A stretch of 64,000 bases of DNA from Thainema sp. Its GTDB lineage: Bacteria > Cyanobacteriota > Cyanobacteriia > Phormidesmidales > Phormidesmidaceae. The notes below the pieces were generated by a model. The model had not been told where the DNA came from. It was given only the letters and a program-made list of their open reading frames with translations, and made no database searches. Made by a program: the position numbers and the translations under genes. Where the stretch lies: NCBI GenBank assembly GCA_052168235.1, contig JBQLZK010000031.1:1-64000 (forward strand), read 5' to 3'. This document shows, piece after piece, positions 39,295 to 51,174 of the stretch (position 1 is the first letter of the stretch; each line of letters starts with the position of its first letter).

Positions 39295-40011
39295 TTAGTA
39301 TAGTCCATAAAGGGGAACTCTGCACAGCCTATGATGAATGACTATTACAAAAAAGCGATAGTCGAGGTCGCTGAGCCGCTGGTGATGCGACCAGGTCAGG
39401 GCCGATTGCAGCGGCTGGCCGCGCAGGAACTGAGAACTGTCGGTATAGTTGGACGCAACCCAGGCATTGAGCGCCAGAGCATAGGGACGAATGCTATTGA
39501 GCTGTTCGCGAATCCAAACCTGGTCAAACACCCGTTGATAAATTAGGTTCTTGACCCGCAGGTATCCCGCCCGCTTTTCTAGGAGTCCTAACAGCAGCAG
39601 TTCAGTCTGAACGGGCGAGTCGCAACTGGCAACCGGATCACCAATGCCGATTTCAAACTGGAGCACTTCCTGGGAGAGGCCCAGCAGTTGACTGATGCGC
39701 TGGGGCTAAAACCAAATGCGATCGCGGATTGTTTTCAGATGTTCCGGCTCGTCATGGACTTCCCAATCGGTCAGGATGCCCGTCTCCACCAGCTGATCCA
39801 CCCAGGCAGCTGGCTGATCTGGCCACACGGGCGAGGATGAGTTGGTTGCGATCGCAGTGCTCTGGCTGCGCCACCACTGGCCAATATTGATAGAAAGCTG
39901 AAATCCCTTGGTCAAGTAACCTGCGATCGCAGCATACCACTGCTCAACCGTGACCTGCTGGCTGCCAATGCCCGTTAGCTCAGAAGCCCAAGTTTTATTT
40001 TGAATAGACAC
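39295..40011 (-). pseudogene. Internally deleted/frameshifted AAA_35-like (AAA-like domain) gene
   Basis: Fragments EQWYA..WW, WEVHDEPEHLKTIRDR and LRPYALALNAW..LRGQPL..LSDLDY; Walker motifs missing; ORF broken at ~39706. Confidence 0.8.
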
Positions 40012-40667
40012 AATCTATCTTTAGTTAGTCATCAAGGACGGCATAATGTGATATTCCGTTATCCACCAGTTAATTTCTAAATAACTTTGGAATAAATCAT
40101 GGCAAGTCAATTCATAGATACTTCTTATAACTTTCTTATTCTTGTTTTTATAGCCTAAAAGCGTGGATCGAAAAATATGAATTGAAGATCAAGTTAATAT
40201 GCGTAGATCTAACGAATCTTAAATTCATTGAAAATTTATAAACTATTCCTGGATTGTCAAGAATCGCTTAAGCTTTCGAAAGCTGCGTGATTTTGGATCT
40301 AGCGACGTGAACTCAAGATCATGGGTTGTTCTGATCAATTGCTGCTTAGTTTATAGCAGCCAAGGTCTTATCAGTTCATCATTCACTCAATTTCTTGTAT
40401 TTCAAACAAAATTTAGAAAATCCTGCCCAAGCTTTGCATGATAGTTTGAGCAAAAGCGTTTGACAAGATTGTTATGTTCTGTTTAACTTCCTGGATAAAT
40501 ATCCCTATTAATCAACATTAAGCAATTTCTCCTAACTAGATATATCTGCTCCTAATAGGTCTTCACTGGATATGAAATGAAGCCGTACATGAACCAAAAC
40601 GGAGTTCAGCAACGATTCAAGTAATTAACAAAAATACATATACATATACATATTCACTGTGGTTTTT

Positions 40668-43600
40668 ATGACCAATTTGTTGGAAACAGGTTATAGCTTA
40701 CAGCTCGTAATGCTTTCGGTAGCGATCGCAGTTTTGGCGTCCTACGCCACGTTGGATTTAGCTGGACGCGTGACGGCAACGCAGGGGCGCGCTCAACTAG
40801 GCTGGTTAGTCAGCGGTGCGATCGCAATGGGATCGGGCATCTGGTCGATGCATTTTGTCGGCATGTTGGCATTTCGCCTACCGCTGGCCGTGCATTACGA
40901 CTTCCTCACCGTCCTGCTATCGGTTTTGCCCGCTATCTTGGCCTCTGGCTTAGCCCTGTTTATCGTCAGTCGCTCAACGCTGGGCGGATGGCGCTTAGTT
41001 AGCGGCAGCGTCCTTATGGGGATTGGCATTGCGTCGATGCACTATCTGGGCATGATGGCGATGCATACCGAAGCGGCCATGCAGTATGACCTGCGGCTGG
41101 TGGCAGCCTCGGTTGGGATTGCGATCGCAGTTTCGTTTGTCGGGCTGTTCCTGGTCTTTCAACTGCGGGAAGAAACCACGCCGCACCAAATTTGGAAAAA
41201 GCTGCTGGCTGCGGTTGTCCTAGGCTTGGCGATTCCAACCATGCACTACACAGGCATGGCGGCAGTGCGGTTCATGCCAACTCACCACATGATGCTGGAA
41301 TCGGCCTTGCAGCCGCCGGAAAATTCCGCAATGATTGCGATCGCAGTTGTAATTGGGACCCTGATTGTCCTGGGGCTGACGCTAATTACCGCGTTTTTTG
41401 AGCGTCGGCTATCTGCCCAAATTGTTTATGCCGATTTGCTACAGCGCAGCCAAACCTATCTGAAGGGAATTTTGCAGGGTATTCAGGTGGGCGTGCTGGT
41501 CATTGGTGAAAATAATCAAGTGGGTCTGTCGAATCAGGCGCTTTTGAACTTGCTGAATCTCTCCACGGAAGATGAACTGCATCTGCTCTGGCATGAGGTG
41601 ACGGTAGCCAATCCAAACTCTGATCAGCCAAAAACGGATCAAGACCAGTCTCATTCAGCTCCATCGACAGATTTACCGGAGGAAACAGCAAACCAGCCGC
41701 TGTTACAGGCGCTGCGGCCTATTTTGACTCAAGTTGCGGCCAAGCAAGCAATCCAGAATCAGGTGGTTCAGGGCAGGGTTCAAGTCAAGCCGAATTTGCA
41801 AACTTCGATCTCGCTGCTGGTGAATGTGGTACCGCTCAGCCTACCAGGTTCGTCAGCCACGCAGATGATCTGCACTTTTAGTGAGATTACGACGCTCAAG
41901 CAGGCTGAAAATCGGCTGCGAGAGTCGCGCACTCGCCTGAGACAGCAGGCTGAGGAGCTACAGCAGGCCAAGGAAGCAGCCGACCGAGCCAACGTGGAAC
42001 TGAGCCGCGCCAATGCCCAACTGATGCAGGCCGCTCAGCAAGAACGCACCACAGCGCTAGTCATTCAGCGGATGCGGCAAAGCTTGAATTTGGATACCAT
42101 CTTCCGCGCCACGACCCAAGAGTTGCGACAGGCCATCCAGTGCGATCGCGTCATCGTCTATCAGTTCAACTCGGACTGGAGCGGCTATGTGGTGGCTGAA
42201 GCCGTCAAATCAGGCTGGCGATCGCTGCTGGCCGAAGCAGATGCCGCATCTCCCTGGCAGGCGAACGTGCTGCAAGAAGACCGCTGCACCGTTCAGTCAC
42301 TGTCGGTCAATTCCCAGGTCATTAGAGACACCTATCTTCAGCAGAGTCAGGGCGGCATCTATGCCCAGGGAATGGATTATCTAGCCGTCGATGATATTCA
42401 CAAGTGCAGCTTCAATCCCTGCTACATTGAGCTGCTGGAAACCTTACAGGCTCGCGCTTATATCATTGTCCCAATTTATTCCAACCGTCATTTGTGGGGC
42501 CTGTTGGCCTGCTATCAAAACGATCAGCCCCGCTGTTGGCAAGCGACGGAAAACCAGATGGTGGCGCGGATTGGCGCTCAACTAGGCGTAGCCATTCAGC
42601 AAGCTGAACTCTTTCAGCAAACGCAGCAGCAGGCGCGTGAACTACAAGAGGCCAAAGAAGCTGCAGACAGCGCCAATCGGGCTAAAAGTGAGTTTTTGGC
42701 CAGCATGAGTCATGAACTGCGCACTCCCCTCAACGCTATTTTGGGCTTTACCCAACTCATGCAGGGCGATGTCCAATTACCCAGCCGCCATCAGCGCTAT
42801 GTGGATATTATCAACAGCAGCGGTGAACATCTGCTGGGCCTGATTAACAATGTGCTGGAAATGTCCAAGATTGAGGCGGGGCAACTGCGACTCCAACCGG
42901 AAGCGTTTGAGTTACCGAATCTCTTGGGAGAACTCCAGGATCTACTGGCACTGAAAGCACAGCACAAAGGGCTGTCGCTGCACATTGTCCAAGCACCGGA
43001 TCTGCCGACCTATATCTATGCTGACCAAGGCAAGCTGAGGCAAGTGCTGCTCAATTTGCTGGGCAACAGCCTCAAATTCACCGACTCTGGCAGCATTCAG
43101 CTCCACGTTACGCCCGTTTCAGATAGTACTGATCTATCCACCTATCTACCCACTCACTCCACTGCTGCCGCCCGATCTGCGATCGCACTTCAGTTTACCG
43201 TCACCGACACTGGCGTTGGCATGGCCCCCGATGAAATTGATGCCCTGTTTCAGCCATTTCAGCAAACCCAGTCCGGCATCAAGTCCGGCCAGGGAACGGG
43301 TTTAGGCGTGCCGCTCAGTCGGCAGTATGTGCGGCTGATGGGAGGAGAATTGGAGGTTAATAGTACCCTGGGGCAGGGTACCCAGTTTACGTTCGCCATC
43401 CCGGTTGAGTCAGTCGAGTCCTTAGAGCCAGCGCTGCCGTCCAGCCCAACCAGCCAGCGGATTTTGGGTGTAATCAACAACCAGCCGCCTCGCCGCATTT
43501 TGGTGGCCGAAGATAATCCGGTCAATCGGCTCTTGATGACCAACCTGCTGGCTCCGCTCAACATGGAGGTGCGCGAGGCCGTCAATGGGCAGGAAGCCAT

Positions 43601-44222
43601 CGAGATTTGGGAAACCTGGCAGCCCCACTTAATCTGGATGGACATGCGAATGCCGGAGCTGGATGGGTACGAAGCGACTCGTCGCATCCGAGCCGCAGAA
43701 TGCGATCGCAGTTTATCGCCAACCATCATCATTGCCCTGACCGCCACCGCGTTTGAGGAAAGCAAGCCCGCCATTCTAGCCGCAGGCTGCAACGACGTGC
43801 TGTATAAACCCTTCAAGAGCGCTGATCTATTTGACAAGATGGCGCAGTATTTGAACTTGCAGTATCGCTATCAAATTGAACCTGAATCTGCTCAACTTCC
43901 TCCATCTAGGCCAGAGCAGTTTGATCCGGCTCAATTGGCGGCAATGCCACCAGATTGGCGTGATGCTTTGCAGAAAGCCGCTACCCAGTGTAACGATGTG
44001 GAAGCGTTTGCGCTGCTGGAGCAAATTCCGGCGTCGCAATCGGCCTTGGCTCAAGCACTACATCAGTTGATCAGCGTGTTTCAATTTGACCAGATTTTGG
44101 CGCTGCTGGAAAATGCTCATCCTCCCTGTGCGGAAACCATCGACACCATCCCCGCTTCACATTCATCGCCCAAGTCGCCACTCAAGTCATCGCTAAAAAT
44201 AGAGGCTGGTCATGAAAGATGA
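40668..44222 (+). CDS. Hybrid histidine kinase: MHYT - PAS-like - cyanobacteriochrome GAF - HisKA/HATPase - REC
   Basis: SMHFVGM/SMHYLGM/TMHYTGM; GAF with [10 protein letters not shown] and [19 protein letters not shown]. Confidence 0.93.
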   Translation: MTNLLETGYSLQLVMLSVAIAVLASYATLDLAGRVTATQGRAQLGWLVSGAIAMGSGIWSMHFVGMLAFRLPLAVHYDFLTVLLSVLPAILASGLALFIVSRSTLGGWRLVSGSVLMGIGIASMHYLGMMAMHTEAAMQYDLRLVAASVGIAIAVSFVGLFLVFQLREETTPHQIWKKLLAAVVLGLAIPTMHYTGMAAVRFMPTHHMMLESALQPPENSAMIAIAVVIGTLIVLGLTLITAFFERRLSAQIVYADLLQRSQTYLKGILQGIQVGVLVIGENNQVGLSNQALLNLLNLSTEDELHLLWHEVTVANPNSDQPKTDQDQSHSAPSTDLPEETANQPLLQALRPILTQVAAKQAIQNQVVQGRVQVKPNLQTSISLLVNVVPLSLPGSSATQMICTFSEITTLKQAENRLRESRTRLRQQAEELQQAKEAADRANVELSRANAQLMQAAQQERTTALVIQRMRQSLNLDTIFRATTQELRQAIQCDRVIVYQFNSDWSGYVVAEAVKSGWRSLLAEADAASPWQANVLQEDRCTVQSLSVNSQVIRDTYLQQSQGGIYAQGMDYLAVDDIHKCSFNPCYIELLETLQARAYIIVPIYSNRHLWGLLACYQNDQPRCWQATENQMVARIGAQLGVAIQQAELFQQTQQQARELQEAKEAADSANRAKSEFLASMSHELRTPLNAILGFTQLMQGDVQLPSRHQRYVDIINSSGEHLLGLINNVLEMSKIEAGQLRLQPEAFELPNLLGELQDLLALKAQHKGLSLHIVQAPDLPTYIYADQGKLRQVLLNLLGNSLKFTDSGSIQLHVTPVSDSTDLSTYLPTHSTAAARSAIALQFTVTDTGVGMAPDEIDALFQPFQQTQSGIKSGQGTGLGVPLSRQYVRLMGGELEVNSTLGQGTQFTFAIPVESVESLEPALPSSPTSQRILGVINNQPPRRILVAEDNPVNRLLMTNLLAPLNMEVREAVNGQEAIEIWETWQPHLIWMDMRMPELDGYEATRRIRAAECDRSLSPTIIIALTATAFEESKPAILAAGCNDVLYKPFKSADLFDKMAQYLNLQYRYQIEPESAQLPPSRPEQFDPAQLAAMPPDWRDALQKAATQCNDVEAFALLEQIPASQSALAQALHQLISVFQFDQILALLENAHPPCAETIDTIPASHSSPKSPLKSSLKIEAGHER

Positions 44223-46029
44223 ACTGACGGCCTATTTAGCCGCTCCTCATCAGGCAGACATCTTGATTGTGGATGACACGCTGGAAAATATTGTGCTCTT
44301 AGCCCAGATTTTGGGCGGTCAGGGCTATAACGTTCGTAAAGCGATCAGCGGCATGATGGCTATACGGACGATTGAGGCGGAACTGCCCGATTTGATTTTG
44401 CTCGATATCTGTATGCCCGATCTGGACGGCTATGAACTGTGTCGTCGGCTTAAAGCCGATCCAGTCACCGCTAGCGTACCCGTGATCTTTTTGAGTGCGC
44501 TGAATGAGCCGTTGGATAAAGCTAAAGCTTTTGAGGTTGGCGGGACAGATTACATCACTAAGCCATTTCAGGTTGCCGAAGTGCTGATTCGCACCCGCAA
44601 TCAACTGCTGCTTAAACAGGCGTGGTCGATGATGCAAGTCGTCAATTTGCAGCTAGAGGAACAGGTGCGTGAGCGAACCTATGAGCTAGAGCAAGTCAAT
44701 CGGCGGCTGCGGGAGATTGCCTATCATGACCAACTGACGGGTTTACCCAATCGAGCCTCACTGATGGACTGTCTGACGCGACTGCTACAGTCCGTACAGA
44801 TTGATCCGGACTATCAGTTTGCGGTGCTGTTTTTTGACTGCGATCGCTTTAAATTGATCAACGATTCCTTTGGTCATTTGGTGGGCGATGAGGCGCTGAT
44901 CCAAGTAGCACGACGGCTCAGCACCTGCGTTAGAGAAGGGGATATGCTGGCTCGCTTTGGTGGGGACGAGTTTGTGATAGTGCTTAATGCCGTTGCCGAT
45001 CAGCAAAGCGCCATTGACGCCGCGCAGCAGGTGATTGACGTGATGAAACCCGGCATTTCTCTGGCGCATGGAGAAGTCTTCGTGGGGGCCAGCGTGGGCA
45101 TTGTCCTAAGCAGTCCGATTCAGCACCAAAAGCCGGAGCATATCTTGCGCGATGCCGACATTGCTATGTACAGCGCCAAAGCCAGCGGCAAAAGCCGCTA
45201 CAGCGTGTTTAATCCGGTCATGCAGCGAACCAGCCTAGAGCTGTTTCAGGTGGAAACCGATCTGCACCGTGCGGTTAAAGAAAACGAATTTGTGCCGTTT
45301 TACCAACCGATTGTTCAGCTAGAAACGGGTGCGATCGCAGGTTTGGAGGTGCTGATTCGCTGGCAGCATCCTGAACGAGGTTTGTTGTTGCCCCATGCAT
45401 TTCTATCCGTCGCTGAGGAAGCGGGACTCATGATTACCATTGGTAAAGCGCTCCTCCAGGCAGCCTGTTATCAGTTAGCGGATTGGCGACGGCGGCATCT
45501 GGTTGCCGATGATTTCTACATCAGCTTTAATTTGTCGGTGGGACAGTTGACGCAGGTTGACCTACCTCGATGTTTGCAACAGACTCTAAGCAGCTATCAG
45601 CTAGCGCCGCAACAGGTGCGGTTAGAAATTACCGAAACGGCTCTGCTCGATAATGCTTTGGCAACGGAAGTGATTATGGAACTGGCGCAACAGGGCTTTC
45701 ACCTGTGTATCGATGACTTTGGCATTGGTTATTCATCCTTCAGCTATTTACATCAGTTCCCAGTCAAGACACTCAAAATTGATCGCTCGTTCATCCAAAA
45801 TATTCAGCTTGGTAATCGCAGTTTCCAACTAGTGACGGCAATTCTCGGTCTTGTTCAGACGCTGCAAATGACTGCCGTAGCTGAGGGCATTGAAACTCAA
45901 GATCAGCTTCATCTAATGGAAGACTTGGACTGTGAACTGGGCCAAGGCTATTTCTTTTCTAAACCCTGTGCGGCTGACGTTATAACTGAAGCATTGATTA
46001 AAAACGCAACGATTAAAAACACGAATTAA
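44212..46029 (+). CDS. REC-GGDEF-EAL diguanylate cyclase/phosphodiesterase
   Basis: REC; REGD I-site with RFGGDEF; EVLIRW and [10 protein letters not shown]. Confidence 0.95.
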   Translation: MKDELTAYLAAPHQADILIVDDTLENIVLLAQILGGQGYNVRKAISGMMAIRTIEAELPDLILLDICMPDLDGYELCRRLKADPVTASVPVIFLSALNEPLDKAKAFEVGGTDYITKPFQVAEVLIRTRNQLLLKQAWSMMQVVNLQLEEQVRERTYELEQVNRRLREIAYHDQLTGLPNRASLMDCLTRLLQSVQIDPDYQFAVLFFDCDRFKLINDSFGHLVGDEALIQVARRLSTCVREGDMLARFGGDEFVIVLNAVADQQSAIDAAQQVIDVMKPGISLAHGEVFVGASVGIVLSSPIQHQKPEHILRDADIAMYSAKASGKSRYSVFNPVMQRTSLELFQVETDLHRAVKENEFVPFYQPIVQLETGAIAGLEVLIRWQHPERGLLLPHAFLSVAEEAGLMITIGKALLQAACYQLADWRRRHLVADDFYISFNLSVGQLTQVDLPRCLQQTLSSYQLAPQQVRLEITETALLDNALATEVIMELAQQGFHLCIDDFGIGYSSFSYLHQFPVKTLKIDRSFIQNIQLGNRSFQLVTAILGLVQTLQMTAVAEGIETQDQLHLMEDLDCELGQGYFFSKPCAADVITEALIKNATIKNTN

Positions 46030-46048
46030 TCACCCCATTAGTAATGTT

Positions 46049-47383
46049 ATGAATCTGCCTATATCTTCTGCTTCAACCCATGACATTTTGATTGTGGATG
46101 ACACGATTAATAACGTTAAACTGCTGTCGGATATGCTGTCTCAAGCGGGATTCTCCGTTCGCAAAGCCATTAGTGGCTCAATGGCATTAATGGCGGTGCA
46201 GGCCAATAAGCCGGATTTAGTCCTGCTGGACATCAATATGCCAGAAATGAATGGCTATGAAGTGTGTCGGCGATTGAAACAAAGTTCTGAAACGCACGAA
46301 ATTCCTGTAGTTTTTCTCAGCGCTTCGGACATGACAGCGGATAAAGTCAAAGCCTTTGATACGGGTGGAGCCGATTACATTACCAAACCCTTTCACTCTG
46401 AAGAAGTGATTGCTCGTATTCGAAGGCAGCTTTTGTTGAGCCGACTCAAACTAGAACTCAAAGCCAAAAATCAAGAACTGGAGTTTGCATTAACTCAACT
46501 CCAAAAAACCCAAGTTGAACTGGTGCAAAAGCAAAAGATGCTGGGTTTAAGTCAGCTAATTGCAGGCATTTCTCATGAATTTAATAATCCACTCAGCTTT
46601 ATTGTCGGCAATCTAAAGCCAGCCCAGCAATATTTTTCTGATCTGGCGTATGTTCTTAGTCTGTATCGTCAGCGCTATCCCCAACCCGGAACTGAAATTG
46701 AGGCTGCGATCGCAGATTTAGAACTGGATTTCATCACGGCTGATTTTGCCAATGCGGTGCAGTCGATAAAAGCTGGCACCAGCCGGATTCGCGATATTGT
46801 GCAAGCCCTACAGGTCTTCTCTCTCCAGGGAGAATCGGCCCTCAAAACCATTCAACTGCACGCGACGCTGGATAGTCTGTTGGTGCTGCTGAGATCGCGC
46901 CTGCGAGATCAAGAGCCTCGACCCAGCATTCACGTTCGCTGTGACTACGACAGCAATCTGCCCACCGTCACCTGCGACGCGGGCCTGATCAGCCAAGCGC
47001 TTCTACATCTGCTGGATAACGCCATTGATGCCATTGATGCCCACTGGGTCAAGTTGCCAGCGTCTACCAGGGAAGCCACAGAAACGGAGTCTGCCGCAAG
47101 CCTAACGCCGGAGATTGTGATTACAACATCCGTTCCCAATCCAGGCTGGGTTGCGATCGCAATTCAAGACAACGGTATTGGCGTTGCCGAAGACATTCAG
47201 GCTCGCATCTACGATCCATTTTTCACCACGAAGGCAATTGGCAAAGGCAACGGCCTGGGTTTATCAATGAGCTACCAAATCATTGTGAATCAGCATGGCG
47301 GACACCTAACCTTTACCTCCACCCCAGGAGCAGGCAGCACGTTTACGTTACAGATTCCGACTGAAAAATGTGCCGGAAAATAG
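46049..47383 (+). CDS. REC-histidine kinase
   Basis: N-terminal REC; SHEFNNPL; FFTTKAIGKGNGLGL. Confidence 0.93.
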   Translation: MNLPISSASTHDILIVDDTINNVKLLSDMLSQAGFSVRKAISGSMALMAVQANKPDLVLLDINMPEMNGYEVCRRLKQSSETHEIPVVFLSASDMTADKVKAFDTGGADYITKPFHSEEVIARIRRQLLLSRLKLELKAKNQELEFALTQLQKTQVELVQKQKMLGLSQLIAGISHEFNNPLSFIVGNLKPAQQYFSDLAYVLSLYRQRYPQPGTEIEAAIADLELDFITADFANAVQSIKAGTSRIRDIVQALQVFSLQGESALKTIQLHATLDSLLVLLRSRLRDQEPRPSIHVRCDYDSNLPTVTCDAGLISQALLHLLDNAIDAIDAHWVKLPASTREATETESAASLTPEIVITTSVPNPGWVAIAIQDNGIGVAEDIQARIYDPFFTTKAIGKGNGLGLSMSYQIIVNQHGGHLTFTSTPGAGSTFTLQIPTEKCAGK

Positions 47384-47444
47384 CGCTGCTAGAATACGGT
47401 TAAAGCCAAGCTACTGCTCGTTGATCCGCTCGTTTTTACCTGCC

Positions 47445-48110
47445 ATGACGACCGAGCCACTCGTCAAACTTCCCCCGCTCGAAAGCGGCGATCGCCTGAC
47501 CCGCGCTGAATTTGAGCGCCGCTATGCGGCCATGCCCAACCTAAAAAAAGCGGAACTGATTGAAGGAGTCGTCTACGTGGCATCCCCTCTACGTGCTCTC
47601 GCTCATGGCAAACCCCATGCTGATGTAATGGCTTGGTTGGGAGTTTATAGTGCTGCAACACCGGGAATAGGAGCTTACGATACTCCTACCGTTCGCTTAG
47701 ATGCCGATAACGAACCACAGCCGGATGCGGTATTGCGGTTTGAGCAGGAAGGACAGTCCGCGATTAGTGAAGATGACTATATCGAAGGCGCACCGGAGCT
47801 GATTGTGGAGATTGCGGCCAGTAGTGCGTCGTATGACCTGCATGATAAGCTGCACGTCTACCGCCGCAATGGCGTGCAGGAGTACATTGTCTGGCGCACC
47901 TATAGTCAGCAGATTGACTGGTTTTATTTGGCAGATGGCACCTATCAAACGCTGGCGCTGGATGCCGATGGCGTATATCGCAGTCGTCAATTTCCGGGAC
48001 TATGGCTAGCCTGCGATCGCATCTTGGCGGGTGATTTAGCGGCTGTCCTGGCGGCCCTCCAACAGGGACTAGCGACGGCTGAACATCAGGCTTTTGTAAA
48101 TCAGCATTAA
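47445..48110 (+). CDS. Uma2 family endonuclease-like protein
   Basis: LESGDRLTRAEF, EPQPDA, APELIVEIA, YRRNGVQEY. Confidence 0.93.
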   Translation: MTTEPLVKLPPLESGDRLTRAEFERRYAAMPNLKKAELIEGVVYVASPLRALAHGKPHADVMAWLGVYSAATPGIGAYDTPTVRLDADNEPQPDAVLRFEQEGQSAISEDDYIEGAPELIVEIAASSASYDLHDKLHVYRRNGVQEYIVWRTYSQQIDWFYLADGTYQTLALDADGVYRSRQFPGLWLACDRILAGDLAAVLAALQQGLATAEHQAFVNQH

Positions 48111-48228
48111 TCACTCAGCCAATTTCGTTCACCAATTCCAAAGGATTTGTAAGTTTCCCAGCCCAGTGTAAACGGCTCGCCTAAGATAGCCATATCTTTC
48201 ACCTAACGCACTTTAAAGCGCATCTAAA

Positions 48229-49206
48229 ATGGCTCAAGCACTGCGTCCACTGGCACTAAATTCGGGAAACGTGGTCAGTGTGGGGTTGAAGCTCTATCGC
48301 TCTCAGCTTAAGGTCTATAGCAAAATTGCGCTGATATCGACGCTTTGGTATATGCTGCCGCTGCTACTACTGGGAGTACTAACCGCGATCGCAATCTTCA
48401 TTCAGACCAATGCTACGAATAATGGTGCGAACCCAGCTACCTTTATCGGGATTTACTCGCTGATTGCCTTGAGTTCAGTCGTATTTGGCATTTTATGCTG
48501 GGCGCGAGCCATGTTCAACCTGTCGCTCATTTCGCGTTTGGCCTTTATGGAACTGATGCAGCAGCCCGAAAGTGTTCAATATGCCCGCCAGCGTCTCAAG
48601 CCGAAGCTGTGGAGCATTTTTGTGGTTCACATTCTGACGTTCTTCGTTTTGTCAGCCATTCAAACAGCGGTGGCAATTGTCCTTACCCCTGTCCTAGCTG
48701 CCATTTCGGTCATTGCCATTGCCATTCCTTGGCTCGGTATTTTTGTGTTGATTGTCGGTCAGTTCATGCCGCTACTGGCCTACTTAGTGGGGTATGCCTG
48801 CTTCTTTATTCCTGAAGTTCCGATCGCAGTTGAATCCAGTACGAATCCGGGACAGTCTGTTATTCGAAGTGGACAGCTCTCCTTTCGCTCCTTTATCCAC
48901 GTCACGCTGGTAATTGGCATCCTAGCCATGATTTCGCTGCCGTTCTACGGCTTAGCGCTGACGCTACCAACCATCCTGTTAACGATTATTAGTAATCAAA
49001 TGGCCGGATTCGAGCCAGGAGTGGCGACCCCACCCATGTATCGAGAGCTGCTGCTGATTGTCGGATTAGGGGGTTTGCTGTTCCTGTTGGTTAACCTGGT
49101 GTTGATGCCACTGTGGCAGACGGTTAAGGCAGTGCTATATTATGACCTTCGCAGTCGCCATGAAGGGTTTGACCTGAGCTTACGAGAAACTCAACCGACA
49201 GCTTAA
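48229..49206 (+). CDS. Multi-TM membrane protein (family typically adjacent to RDD genes)
   Basis: LRPL..GNVVS N-terminus; YYDLRSRHEG C-terminal motif. Confidence 0.75.
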   Translation: MAQALRPLALNSGNVVSVGLKLYRSQLKVYSKIALISTLWYMLPLLLLGVLTAIAIFIQTNATNNGANPATFIGIYSLIALSSVVFGILCWARAMFNLSLISRLAFMELMQQPESVQYARQRLKPKLWSIFVVHILTFFVLSAIQTAVAIVLTPVLAAISVIAIAIPWLGIFVLIVGQFMPLLAYLVGYACFFIPEVPIAVESSTNPGQSVIRSGQLSFRSFIHVTLVIGILAMISLPFYGLALTLPTILLTIISNQMAGFEPGVATPPMYRELLLIVGLGGLLFLLVNLVLMPLWQTVKAVLYYDLRSRHEGFDLSLRETQPTA

Positions 49207-49382
49207 GTTAAAGATAAAAATATAGCTGTCGTCATGTTAATTAAGACCAGAATTCAACGTTCAAGCGTTCGAACGGTTTTCAGAGTCTCCCAATGTCTAA
49301 ATCAACGCGACTCTAAATATATACAAGCATGTATAAAATCAGCACACTGAAAACTGCTCTAAGCCCCTAAGAGGTTGCTCGC

Positions 49383-50177
49383 ATGGATCGCTTTTTTAAC
49401 CAGATTAAAATTCGCACTCCCGAAAGTGTTGAACTGGAGTTTACGCTGGCGGGCATTGGCAACCGGGCACTGGCGCTGCTGATTGACTACACGGTGCTGG
49501 GAGCTGCGATCGCAATTCTGGTTCTTCTAGCCTCACTGATTGCAGAGCAGCTAACTGATTTGGCGACGCTGCTGGGGGGTGGAACCGAGGCAATTGAACT
49601 GTGGTTGGCGGCAATTCTACTGCTGGTTTTATTTGCCGTTTTTGTCTGCTACTTTGTCTTTTTCGAGGTGACCTGGCAGGGGCAAAGTCCGGGGAAGCGG
49701 TTTGCCAAAATTCGGGTGATTCAAGAAAATGGTCGTCCGCCGGGACTGTTTCAGGCCACATTGCGATCGCTGTTGCGTCCGGTCGATGACATTTTGTTTC
49801 TGGGCTTCTTTTTGATTGTGTTGACCAAGCGGGAAAAGCGATTGGGAGATTGGCTGGCGGGCACACTGGTAGTGCAGAATGAGCAAACAGCCAGTACAAA
49901 GGGGCTACAGACTTCGACTGCGGCGGATCAAATTGCTCGTCAGCTTTTGGAACTGGCGGATTTATCTCAGTTAACGCCTGATGATTTCTTGATCATTCGG
50001 GCCTATCTGGCGCGGCGGACTCAGCTCAATAAAAATGCAAAGTCGCAGATTAGCCTCCAGCTCGCTCGCCAAGCCAAACAAATCATTCAGCTTGAAACAT
50101 TGCCTGCCGATATGTCTCCCGATGTTTTTCTAGAAGCGGTTTATTTAGGCTATCAGCAGCAAACGGAACAGCGATAG
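49383..50177 (+). CDS. RDD family protein
   Basis: TPESVELEFTLAGIGNRALALLID, GQSPGKR, RLGDWLAGT. Confidence 0.93.
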   Translation: MDRFFNQIKIRTPESVELEFTLAGIGNRALALLIDYTVLGAAIAILVLLASLIAEQLTDLATLLGGGTEAIELWLAAILLLVLFAVFVCYFVFFEVTWQGQSPGKRFAKIRVIQENGRPPGLFQATLRSLLRPVDDILFLGFFLIVLTKREKRLGDWLAGTLVVQNEQTASTKGLQTSTAADQIARQLLELADLSQLTPDDFLIIRAYLARRTQLNKNAKSQISLQLARQAKQIIQLETLPADMSPDVFLEAVYLGYQQQTEQR

Positions 50178-50197
50178 GGTTTAAGTCAGAAAGGGAT

Positions 50198-50237
50198 GAT
50201 GGGTATGGTGTTGGCGCGGCCTAACACCATACCCATC
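50198..50237 (+). terminator. Hairpin after the RDD gene
   Basis: gatgggtatggtgtt / aacaccatacccatc 15-bp stem. Confidence 0.55.
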
Positions 50238-50368
50238 TGACATGTATACCACTACTGCGGTTTATTACAACTTGTGCCCTCTGCCGCTTTTCGGGGTCAG
50301 AGTTTTTTACTATAGAGGTATAAAACTCATGTTTTGTCCCTCATTTGTCCCTTACAGACCTGAAACTA

Positions 50369-50475
50369 CTAGTCTGTCAAAGTTAAAGATGAGGGGTAGA
50401 AGAATTTTGAAAATATTGCTAAGCAATATTTTCAAAATTCTTCTACCCCTCAAAACACACTTGACAAAGCACTAG
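50369..50475. mobile_element. CTAG-flanked hairpin mini-element, family D
   Basis: CTAG at both ends; perfect 31-bp inverted repeat 50390-50420/50422-50452. Confidence 0.7.
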
Positions 50476-50562
50476 AAGAGATTACAGGTCGTCACAAAAG
50501 GTACAGAATGTGAGTGCATAGCCTTCTAGATATCAACCTGACTCTCTACAGCGGGAGGAGGC

Positions 50563-51174
50563 GTGGCGATGACTGCAACCCATCATCAGCTAGTGTCACT
50601 GGATCTGCGGCGGCCTATTTGGGATCGCTTTTTTACGATTGCCCCACTGGTAGTTGTTGGAACACGAGAAGCCAACGGTGAATACGACTTGGCTCCCAAG
50701 CATCGCGTGATGCCACTGGGTGACAACAATTATCTAGGATTTGTTTGCACGCCTCGCCATCATACGTATCAAAATATTGTGCGATCGCAGGAATTCACCG
50801 TTAGTTTTTTGCATCCCGACCAAATTTTGTCGGCCAGTTTGGCTGCTACTCCAAGAGATGCAGCCGATCAGAAACCAGCATTGGCAAACTTGCCCACTCA
50901 GCCCGCTACGGTGATCGATGGGCGACTACTCACAGATGCCGCATTGTGTTTAGAGTGTCGGCTTTTCAAAATTGTCGATGACTTTGGTCAAAACAGCCTG
51001 ATTACTGGAGAGATTATCGCTGCTCAGGTTGATGAAGCCTCTCTGCGCGGCAGTGATGAGGACGATCAGGACGTGCTGTTGCGATCGCCACTGCTCGTTT
51101 ATGTGGCACCCGGACGCTACGCCCAAATTGATACGAGTTATTCCTTTCCATTTCATGTTGGTTTTCACCCATGA
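50563..51174 (+). CDS. Flavin reductase-like protein
   Basis: PLVVVGT, DLAPKH, HTYQNI..EFTVS, LECRL; GGAGG RBS. Confidence 0.82.
   Translation: MAMTATHHQLVSLDLRRPIWDRFFTIAPLVVVGTREANGEYDLAPKHRVMPLGDNNYLGFVCTPRHHTYQNIVRSQEFTVSFLHPDQILSASLAATPRDAADQKPALANLPTQPATVIDGRLLTDAALCLECRLFKIVDDFGQNSLITGEIIAAQVDEASLRGSDEDDQDVLLRSPLLVYVAPGRYAQIDTSYSFPFHVGFHP

Noticed and set aside
43259..43837. Long antisense ORFs within genes (also 60299-60787, 34086-34556, 49441-49899)
   Set aside because: Shadow frames of well-supported genes on the opposite strand
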